Made by a program: the position numbers and the translations under genes. A model generated the notes under the pieces. It was given only the letters and a program-made list of their open reading frames with translations. It was not told the DNA's origin and did not search any database. From Calditrichia bacterium (GTDB lineage: Bacteria > Calditrichota > Calditrichia > JAJRVZ01): a stretch of DNA of 64,000 bases. Below, one piece after another: positions 52,058-61,111 of the stretch (position 1 is the stretch's first letter; every line of letters starts with the position of its first letter). The DNA is taken from the NCBI GenBank assembly GCA_963777955.1, contig CAVZSQ010000017.1, positions 231,737 to 295,736 on the forward strand, written 5' to 3'.

Positions 52058-52600
52058 TTAAATGAGGAACTTTAACTTTTTCTTTTTTCTGACACTTATT
52101 GTCACGGGTATAATTGGTTGTAAGGGCACGGGCAATTCTCCATTGGTATCGATCCCCGCAGTTTGGCCAGTCCAAAATCGGTAAGTTCTGATTTTCCCTT
52201 CCTCAGTCAGCAGGATATTGTCGGTCTTCACATCCCGGTGAATAATCTGGTGACAGTGGGCGTGTCCCAATCCTTCGGCCAGTTGCAGGCTGTAATCAAG
52301 AATTTCGGTTATGGAAAATGCTTTATCTTCTGATTTTAATTGTTTGAGTTTGGATTTCAGAGTACCACCAGAAATATATTCCAGTACCAGGTATTTCTGT
52401 CCATTAACCTCGTCCACATCGTAGATAGTTTCAATATTGGGATGATTGAGGGCTGAAATCGTTTTGGCTTCCTGCTCAAAACGGGTGACGTCTTCGGTCG
52501 AAACGTTGAGATGGAGAGGCAAGAACTTCAAGGCAACATCCCGGTCGAGTTTGGTGTCGTGGGCTTTGTAGACTGATATTAATCCGAAATAAAGAATAGA
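52058..52600 (-). pseudogene. Serine/threonine protein kinase remnant (subdomains I-VIb only)
   Basis: ...VYKAHDTKLDRDVALKFLP...HRDVKTDNILLTEEG... The catalytic loop is present, but the reading frame breaks before DFG, and the N-terminus starts inside the glycine loop next to AT-rich non-coding DNA. Confidence 0.55.
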
Positions 52601-52774
52601 AAGAAAGACTTGATATATTAATTAACATTAAAAGAGATTGCAATATATTTGACCTAATTCGCAATTCATAGAAAGATACATTCTTAAAAATCGACTGATA
52701 ATAATCTCCTTCGGAGTGAGAATATTCTGCAGGGGGTATTTAAGTTTAGTAAGTAGGCCAAAAGGTTAAAATAA

Positions 52775-52853
52775 AAAAAGCGACGAATAAATCGCCAGAC
52801 TTACATGCGCTCCCAAAGGGACAGCGCTAACTCTATCATTGTAAATGGTAATA
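52775..52853 (+). repeat. Same ~80 bp repeat family, copy B
   Basis: aaaaagcgacgaataaatcgccagac-ttacatgcgctcccaaagggacagcgc-taactctatcattgtaaatggtaataa. Confidence 0.7.
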
Positions 52854-53204
52854 ATTCTCTCAAAATAATGCTGTTCGGTGAACAGGGTATATTTTGTTTT
52901 TTCCATCAATTATATTAATTATATTGATAAAACTAATATTTACTCAAGTTATAACGACTTTCAGATTCTAGATTTTCGTGCAGATATCACAATGTAGATT
53001 CAAATTTGAAATCTTAATTAGAGATTACAGGGTTTTGAATTTATTCTTACTTTAATAAATGGATTGATAGTGCTTATATATATTGGGCTGTTTCTGTTCT
53101 CAGCTAATCTGAGTCATGATATCAAATAATACAAATCGATCATCTCTTGCACGCTTTGCCTGGCTTTCAATTGCCGCGGCTATTTCACCATTACACTCAA
53201 GGCC

Positions 53205-54072
53205 ATGGCGTATTGGCTGACGGGTTCGATTGGTCTGCTTTCAGACGCGCTGGAATCCTTCATCAACCTTGTCGGCGCTATAATGGCGTTGGCGATGTTG
53301 ACCATAGCAGTTCGCCCGGCGGATGAGGACCATGCCTACGGCCATAGTAAGGCAGAATATTTTTCAAGCGGCGTTGAAGGGACATTAATTCTGATTGCCG
53401 CCGTAAGTATCGGCGTTGCGGCTATTCAACGGTTTATTACTCCAAAGCCACTTGAGCAGATTGGACTCGGATTGGGGATTTCAATTGTGGCCTCACTCAT
53501 TAACCTGTGTGTCGCGCTGGTCTTACTGCGAGCCGGTAAGCGCCACCGTTCCGTTACGCTGGAAGCCAATGCACAGCACTTGCTGACGGATGTGTGGACA
53601 TCGGCGGGTGTGCTGGTTGGGGTAGGTGCGGTAGCACTCACCGACTGGGATAGACTAGACCCGATTGTTGCCTTCCTGGTCGCTGGTAACATCATCTGGT
53701 CGGGAGTGCGCATTGTGCGCATGTCCGTATCCGGGCTGATGATACGGCTTCTTACCGGTTGAGGATCAAAACACGATACGAAAAGTGTTAGAACCGTATA
53801 TTAAAAACGGAGTACAATGTCACGCGCTTCTTACTCGTCAATCAGGTACCAGACGGTTTGTGTCATTTCATGTATTAGTTCCTGGTACATGGACCTGGGA
53901 ACGTGGTCATCGGTTAGTGGAAAATATAGAAGCTGACATTCGCCAGGCCTTACCGAGTGTTACAGTGCTTACTCACTTAGAATCGTTAAATGACCCTGCT
54001 TCATGGGAGGATACGAGTTTAGACCGCACAAAAATCCAACCGGATGATTCTCCGGCAACGCATAACAATTGA
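53205..54072 (+). CDS. Cation diffusion facilitator (CDF) family transporter. Frameshift ~53760. GC-rich
   Basis: TM region with ...[10 protein letters not shown]... (CDF signature) in ORF 53205..53762. C-terminal cytoplasmic domain in ORF 53785..54072. The ORF is open from 53130, so the N-terminus may be slightly truncated. Confidence 0.65.
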
Positions 54073-54181
54073 CACGCTCTGTGTACGGGTGAAGCGGGCC
54101 AGGAACAGATAAATTTACCTCATTTTAGCGGCGCGGCTTGGCCGGCGATCCGTGTAGCTGGAATTGCTGGATTATTTGTAT

Positions 54182-56087
54182 ATGGATGATTTGATGAAGC
54201 GGATTCGATGGATCTGGATTCTCCTGGCTTTATATGGATTGCCGCTGGAATCCGGGAATTACCCAGAAACTCTTAATTCTCAGTGCTGACGGCTGCCGTC
54301 CGGACGCCCTGTTGAAAGCCGATGCCGCGAACCTTCGCGCTCTGGCTGACAGCGGCTTGTATACCTGGTGGGCTTTGAGCCGTCCGCCCACCAAAAGCGG
54401 ACCGTGCTGGTCGTCGATCTTCACCGGCGTTTGGAACGACAAGCACGGTGTCACGGACAACACCTTTGCCAACTCCAGGTTCGACCAATACCCCATGCTT
54501 ATTCAAGCGGTTGAAGAACGCTGATCCTTCTTTTTATTCCGGATGGTTTGTTTATTGGCCCAATCTCGGAACTGACATGCCCCACGGCGCGGATGTGGCT
54601 GCCGGAGACTGGTCCGACGCCAACACCCTGGAACGAGCCATCAACTTCTTGAGTGACGAACAAACGGACGCGCTGTTTGTTCATTTCGGCGCCGTTGACG
54701 CTGCAGGGCATGCATCGGGCTTCGATCCGGAAAGTCCCGAATACATCAACGCCATCCATGTCGTGGACGGCCAGGTTGGCCAGGTGATCTCCGCCATGAA
54801 GTCGCGTCCAAATTTTTCAAACGAACATTGGATGGTGATTGCCCTGACCGATCATGGAGGATACACAACCCACCATGGCGGCACGATGATCGAGGAAATG
54901 CGCACGTTTTTCATCATATCCGGGGATGACGTGCCACGCGGAGAGATTCCGCACGATTGGATAAATAAGTCATTTCGAGTTCCGCCCTACGGTTTGCGAT
55001 TGAATGGAGCCGGAGATCATGTCGCGATCCCGGATCGTGCGGATTACCATTTCGGTTCCGGTCAGGACTTCACCGTTGAATTGTGCATCCGAACGGCCGG
55101 CTGGTCCGGTACCCCGGTTTTGTTCGCCAATAAGGACATGCGGAACAAAAAGAATCCCGGATTTGCGTTTGTATTGATTGACGAGGGCAAATGGCAGGTC
55201 AACGTAGCGGATGGAACTCACGAAAAAAACATTTCAGGGCCCATCATCGCGGACGACCACTGGCATCACCTCACCGCCGTGTTCCGGCGCGGGGGCACGC
55301 TCACGCTGTTTCAGGACGGAATCAAGACCGGGGCCGTGGACATATCAGGGATCGGGAGTGTGGACACACCGTACGGATTCGTCCTCGGCCAGGACGGGAC
55401 GGAGCAGCCGAACCACGTTTGTCCCGGGCAGTATTAACGAAGTCCGCGTCTGGAAAACGGCACTTCCGGACACCCAGGTTCAAAGATGGATATTCACCCC
55501 GGTCACGCCGGAACATCCCGATTATTCCGACCTGCTCGGCTATTGGAAAATGGACGACGGGCAGGGAACATTGATCAAAGATTCGAGTCAGCCCGCAAAC
55601 GACGGGGCATTCACGGGAACTAATCCTGAGTGGATCTTTCCGGATGCAACCGTCGAAACACTGGCTTTCGATTCCTGCCAAACCGCCAAGACCGTTGACC
55701 TGACTGTCACCGCCCTCGCCCATTTCGGCATCGAAATCGAACCGGAATGGAATCTGGATGGAAGAAACCTTGTCCCGGCAAAATCGCCGGACGCGGTCCG
55801 GGAATTATTGGTTCTTCCGGTCTTCCCCACGATTCTGGAGAATTATCCCAATCCGTTTAATTCAAGCACCAAGATCAAATTCCAAATTCCAAATTCCAAT
55901 TTTGTAACTTTGGAAATTTATAACCTGCTTGGCCAGAAAGTAGTGACCTTAATGAAAGAAAATCTTAGGGTTGGTGAACGCATACGGTCAGAATGGAACG
56001 CCAGCAGGCTTTGCCAGTGGGATTTATTTGTATCGGCTGCAGGCAGGTGAGTATGAGCAGGTTAGGAAGATGATTTTACTCAGGTGA
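54182..56087 (+). pseudogene. T9SS cargo protein: alkaline-phosphatase-superfamily (NPP/phosphodiesterase-like) domain + LamG/concanavalin-like domain + Por_Secre_tail CTD. At least 4 frameshifts. GC-rich
   Basis: Signal MDDLMKRIRWIWILLALYG. LLILSADGCRPD...DHGG metal-site motifs. LamG (DFTVELCIRTAGWSG...DDHWHHLTAVF). CTD ILENYPNPFNSSTKIKFQIP...EIYNLLGQKVVTL... then a final shifted ...YRLQAGEYEQVRKMILLR. Pieces lie in ORFs 54234..54524, 54448..55437 and 55211..56050. Confidence 0.6.
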
Positions 56088-56090
56088 TTG

Positions 56091-56353
56091 AAGGGTAAAG
56101 TCGGAGGTCTGGCACTAGGCAGACTGAAGATCTACCGCCTGCCTGATATCAGGCAGGCGGTAGAGGTAATGGATAATGAAAAGAGTCATTCCGGCCAAAG
56201 GTGAATTGGCTGGTAGTAATACAGGCGGGAATCTATCTGTTGTAATGAATGATTACTAATTTACTACGTTGTTCACCTGTCTATATCTGATACAAACCCA
56301 AACTTCCAGGCGCTCCCAAGGGGGCGCTGAAATCTATCATTGTAAATGGTAAC
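56091..56353 (+). repeat. Full-length (~260 bp) member of the repeat family, copy D, containing a perfect 14 bp-stem hairpin (56130-56161) and the 3' module
   Basis: Aligns along most of its length with 60515..60752. Ends ...ccaggcgctcccaagggggcgctgaaatctatcattgtaaatggtaac. Internal palindrome ctaccgcctgcctga-tat-caggcaggcggtag. Confidence 0.7.
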
Positions 56354-56682
56354 TTAATATACCTCTCTGCCTTCCGCTAAATAACATTACTTACAGGTAG
56401 TCAGTGATCCAATTTTCAGCATTAATTCGATGAAATGAAGGACTTATATTTATAAAGAAAAATTACATTGAAATTTGAAATGGGAGTAGTTATAATATCG
56501 CTTATACTCATCCTTTTCTAGTACAGACGGAGTTTTTCAAGTTATTACCTGCTAATCCGATTGAAAATTCGGGCAGTTCGTATGTTTATAAATGTTTATT
56601 TGGATACCTGATAAAGATCAGCAATATGTACAAAATAATTTATGATTTTACGCTTTATACAGGATTTGACCAGGAGGTTTAT

Positions 56683-58338
56683 ATGAAGTTAGTAAAAAAA
56701 TTAGCCAATGCTTTCATTATCTTTTGTTTCCCGCTTATTGGATTCACTCAAACTGCAGATGAGTTTATTGCCAGGGCGGAAGGCTTTAATCAGGCCGGTG
56801 ATCTTGCCCAGGCGGCAAAGGTTATGGAAGAGGCGGTGCAAAAATTTCCCGAAAATTCAAGTGTGCATTCATACCTGGGCCTGTACCTGGGAACACAAGC
56901 CTTTATGACCAAAAACAATATGGAAGCAGGGCGGTTAATCGGAATTGCTTTTGAGCAACTGGATCAGGCTGTAGCACTGGATGCCGATAATCCCGTTGCC
57001 CGCTTCCAGCGCGGACTGTTGAGTATAAAAATGCCGGCATTTATGAACAAACTTGATGCGGGCATTGAAGATCTGCTGTTGGTAATAAAAATCGATCAGC
57101 AGGCCGCCGGTAAAATTCCCCGGGAAATGATTACTGCCACCTATGATTTTTTAGGTGAAGCGTATCAGAAAAAACAGGAGAAAGAAAAATCTATCGCTGC
57201 CTGGGAGAAAGTGATTGAAATTGTTCCAGGAACGGCTCTGGCGAAGAAGGCGCAGGAAAATATAGCAGCATTAAATAAACCGGAATCGACAGCCTCATTA
57301 AATCTGGAAAAATATACGGATAAAACCGATTGATGAATTCAACCAGGCTTTAAGTAAGGAACCGGATAATGCAGAATTGCTGATCGTATTAGGTAAAGCA
57401 CACCTGGATGCCGGAAATTATGAAAAAGCCTGCCGAGGTATTACGCAAAGCGATTCATAGCGATTCTACCAAAGTGGAAGCATACAAATTACTTATTCAA
57501 AGCATTGGTGAAATTGCAGATCAAGGGTATGATAAAAGAATTTATGACGATACAAATTTTCGTACCAATCTTGCCTTTGAACTGGTAAAGGTAGCAGATA
57601 AAGCGGTAAAAATTGCCCCGGATGACCTGGAATTAAAACTGATCCGCGGCAGGATTGGTGTGCTGATGCCGTTCTTTGTCGATGCAGCTGGAGCAGGCTA
57701 TGGCTGATCTGAATCTGGTAAAGAACAGTAATGCTGCAGACGAACTGAAAGCGGAGGCAATCTACTGGCTTGGAATGGCCTATCAGAAAAAAGCAACGAC
57801 CAGCTGGATAGAGGTGGTCGGTAAATATTCAGCCACGAATGCCTCCAAACTGGCCCTGGAAAGCATGCGGCCGGACATTAAACATTTTGATGAAACGAAA
57901 TACAAAAAACCGTTTATAGTCATAGATTTTCTGTTAGGTTTCCGCGACGAGCTGCCGCCGCAGACCGCCGTATGGATTGAGGACAATAACGGCAAATTCG
58001 TGAAAACGGTTTATGTCTCAGGATTCAGCGGTTTTGCCAGGGAAAAGCAGGCAAATTTATTAAAATGGTCGGAATCTTCCCAATTTAAAGATGTGGATGG
58101 CGTTACCGGAGCGAGCATTACTTTAGGGCAGCATATCTATGTCTGGGACTTAAAAGATTTGCAAGGGCTAAAGGTAAAACCGGGTGAGTATCTGGTTAAA
58201 ATCGAAGTGATGTACTGGCCCAGTATGGAATATGAGTGCAGCTCGGCGCCGGTTAAAATCGGGCAGAAAGAGGAAAAGGTACTTTTCAAAGAAGGTAAAT
58301 TAATTCCTTATGCCGAGCTGAAATATTTCTCTGATTAA
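56683..58338 (+). CDS. TPR-repeat protein with C-terminal DUF2271 domain (secreted). About 3 frameshifts
   Basis: Signal MKLVKKLANAFIIFCFPLIGFTQT with RBS caggagg. TPR-like helices in ORFs 56626..57333 and 57408..57707. DUF2271-like C-terminus (VWIEDNNGKFVKTVYVSGF...VDGVTGASI) in ORF 57676..58338. Confidence 0.5.
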
Positions 58339-58819
58339 AAAAATACTTTTCTTACTTATATTTTCCATACTGGTAATTTTCTGTGATCAATCTATCAGAA
58401 AACCTGAAAATTATAATGTTCAAAATATTCTGATCGGGCATTGGAGGCATAATTATAATGTTAGAGATATTTATGGAATTTCACGATCAGGTCCAATGTA
58501 TGAATTGATATTAAATGAGGACTTAACATATTCAATAGCAACTCCAAAGGAACGGTATGGTACACATACCATATCCTCCGAACAATATTATTATGTTGAT
58601 AAAGGTTCATTTAATATAAATGTAGATACACTATTCCTGGTTACTTCCCATCAAAATCATTTGAATCAGGCATTTATTTTTGAATTAGATTTTAAAAATC
58701 AAAAAATGGATTTATATGCTCCGGATGAAGAGCAAATATCCGCTGATATTGAGTTGATAGGGGATTGGTATAAAATTAACAGGTTTAGTAAAAGGATTGG
58801 TATTAGAGATGTTTATTGA
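58337..58819 (+). CDS. Lipoprotein, hypothetical (TTG start overlapping the previous stop)
   Basis: The ORF is open from TTG 58337, encoding (M)KKILFLLIFSILVIFCDQS lipobox signal, in frame with ORF 58496..58819. Confidence 0.45.
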   Translation, partial: KKILFLLIFSILVIFCDQSIRKPENYNVQNILIGHWRHNYNVRDIYGISRSGPMYELILNEDLTYSIATPKERYGTHTISSEQYYYVDKGSFNINVDTLFLVTSHQNHLNQAFIFELDFKNQKMDLYAPDEEQISADIELIGDWYKINRFSKRIGIRDVY

Positions 58820-58919
58820 AGCAAATCATAAAGATGGCTCAAAATATATATTCTGAACTTGATTGGACATTTATTTGCGAAGATAAACAAGATTTTGGAA
58901 TTGATCTCCTTGTGACTTA

Positions 58920-59000
58920 GTGCCGAAGGTCTCAGCCGTGGGTCTGCGTGCGACTAGGCTCAGTGAACAAAAAATTACACGAAGAAACACGAAGAAAAAG
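58920..59000. repeat. Copy of the second short repeat family, opposite orientation to 48206
   Basis: gtgccgaaggtctc...gaacaaaaaattacacgaagaaacacgaag. Confidence 0.5.
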
Positions 59001-59048
59001 ATTTTTAATTTATATCTGCGTTGATCTGAAACGACCAGCGGTTAAAAA

Positions 59049-59127
59049 TAAAAAAGCCAGCGAATAAATCGCCGGCTTCCATGCGCTCCCAAGGGGGCGC
59101 TACGTCTATCATTGTAAATGGTAATTA
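59049..59127 (+). repeat. Same ~80 bp repeat family, copy C
   Basis: aaaaagccagcgaataaatcgccggcttccatgcgctcccaagggggcgctacgtctatcattgtaaatggtaattac. Confidence 0.7.
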
Positions 59128-59133
59128 CTTCAA

Positions 59134-59668
59134 CTATAACATTTTACGCTCAGCATTGAATCCTGATGATGTTGAAATTTTATAAAAATAGGTACCTGTA
59201 GAATATTTGGCTCCATCAAATTCATAACTGTATGAACCTGGATTTAAATTCATGGTTTCGGATTCAATTATCTGACCGGAAATTGTATATATGGAAATCG
59301 TTACCTGATCTGATTCAGGAACAGAAAACTTGAAGGTTGTCTTAGGATTAAATGGATTTGGATAATTTTGAGATGTGACATAATCTAAAAGCGAAATCTA
59401 GATTATTTATTTTAACTGGATTAACAGAAGGAGTAGTTTTAATCAGCCAAGCATTATATTCAACAGCACCGAATGAATTTATTTTACCAGTTATAATATA
59501 CCCTTCATCTATAGTCTGCTGGACTGAAGAACCTACATCAGTACCACTTCCCCCAAACGTTTTTGTCCAGAGCGTATCCACTTGAGAATAAATATTAGAC
59601 AAAGATAAAAGAAGTACAAAAATAATACTTTGCAAGAGTTGTTTTGTGGATTCTTTATGTATATTCAC
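59134..59668 (-). CDS. Small T9SS-secreted protein (signal peptide + Por_Secre_tail CTD). Frameshift ~59400
   Basis: N-terminal part in ORF 59348..59668 (signal ...IIFVLLLSLSNIYSQ). C-terminal part in another frame: ...SQNYPNPFNPKTTFKFSVPESDQVTISIYTISGQII...GTYFYKISTSSGFNAERKMLL. Confidence 0.55.
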
Positions 59669-60012
59669 TTCCTCCCTATAATATATTTTCTTTTCAGGGA
59701 GGCATCCACTTTGTTTTTTAAAGCAGCCAGCGACCCTCGAATTTAAGTCCGGGAATCTTACTCTGATTTAAAAGAAACAATGCAGATCATTACATGGAAC
59801 TGAAGCACGAAATATTAAATTCCGCTATAATAAATTGTGATCCTGCTCCAGGAAATCAGGTTATGCTTTGGAGGGGGTATTTCTATAGTCTTCAGGACGA
59901 ACATATCCAGGATGTGAAGAAGACAGTCTTGCTGAAATAAGTGTGGTTTAAAGCAGGGGGATAGCCGAAAAGCTTACCCCTTGAGCTTAGGTCTGTCTAC
60001 CCGATTTACTGC

Positions 60013-60351
60013 TTACTTTTCTGCATTAATGAGCAGTTTTGGAGGTGTACCTGGGAGTGGTTTACTGAAATCGATGTTGTGATATTCGTTTATTCTCTGT
60101 TTAAACCAGACATCGAACTCATGATTTGAACTTGCTAACTTAGACATAAAATTATCCGCTCCAGGTCCTTCATGTAATGCCGCCACGACAGGACCCGCAG
60201 GTGTTTCGGCCAGCCAGGCTAAGTGCCGGGTTAAACCATATCTTGAGTTGAAGTCTTTAAATTCCTTGACTCTGCCATTTTGTAAATCTTTGGCAAATTG
60301 CTGCCATTTTTCCAATTTGCCATCTACGATGGGCGCTAAAATTAGTGACAT
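60013..60351 (-). CDS. Hypothetical protein (112 aa)
   Basis: Intact ORF with moderate GC. No family recognised by eye. Confidence 0.35.
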   Translation of the reverse strand: MSLILAPIVDGKLEKWQQFAKDLQNGRVKEFKDFNSRYGLTRHLAWLAETPAGPVVAALHEGPGADNFMSKLASSNHEFDVWFKQRINEYHNIDFSKPLPGTPPKLLINAEK

Positions 60352-60514
60352 GATATTCCCCCTTTTAGGTTTATTAAGTTTAATGTAATGTCAGGTATAA
60401 CGGATTGGACTAGATAATAATTTCAAATAAATATTAAATTTGGATTTATTAGTGAGAATAGAATTCAAACGCCCCTTCGGATTAAGGAAATTCTGAAGGT
60501 GGTATTTTATTTTA

Positions 60515-60752
60515 GGGGAATGGGTAAAGAAGGACAAAGGTCCAGGGCCAAAGGTAAATGGGTAATACAAAGAGTCATTCCCGCCAAATGTGCACCTTGC
60601 CTGGTAGTAGTACAGGCGGGAATCTATCTATTGTAATGAATGATTAGTAATTACAAGTTACCAATTGTTACAACCCATTTCTGATACAAATACAAACTTC
60701 CCATGCACTCCCAAGGAGGCGTCGCCGCTAGGTCTATCATGTAAATGCTGAT
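60515..60752 (+). repeat. Full-length (~240 bp) member of the repeat family, copy E
   Basis: ...aaagagtcattcccgccaaatgtg...ggtagtagtacaggcgggaatctatctattgtaatgaatgattag...ctgatacaaatacaaacttcccatgcactcccaaggaggcg...tctatcatgtaaatg. Collinear with copy D. Confidence 0.7.
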
Positions 60753-61111
60753 AAGTCTTTTAGTGCATATCTTCCTTGATAATACTGATTATTAAATATA
60801 TCTTATCTTAAGAAATCTCCTTTCAATCACACATCGGGAACGATGTTGAGCAATATGAATTACTCTTGTATCATATCCGATTGGCGCATTTATTAGCAAC
60901 AGAAAATGGCGTAGTTCTCGATACAAAAGGAGCAATATTTTCGCCCTGCGATCACTTCGGATTGCAAGAAATCTGTAAGTATCTGGCTGAGAAAATAATA
61001 TAACAGAAATAGATAATGCTTCTCTTCGACGATTAAAATACGAATATCAATAAAATGAGAATTCTTAGACTGAAAATTGATAAACTTTGATATATAAGAA
61101 AGGAGCCTTTA

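Noticed and set aside
52476-52664. 62-aa minus-strand ORF upstream of the kinase remnant as its N-terminus.
   Set aside because: It is in the wrong frame with no kinase motifs. The real kinase frame continues upstream as ...LYFGLISVYKAHD and then hits AT-rich non-coding DNA.
58920-58970. tRNA-like or small RNA gene suggested by the GC-rich segment gtgccgaaggtctcagccgtgggtctgcgtgcgactaggctcagtg.
   Set aside because: It has no cloverleaf and no T-loop GTTCRA. It matches the inverted copy of a repeat at 48206 instead.
45956-60760. Integron or attC cassette array.
   Set aside because: The repeats lack the R''/L''-L'/R' attC core sites (GTTRRRY) and no intI-like tyrosine recombinase is present in the window. 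The cassette-like organisation is real but is not a classical integron.
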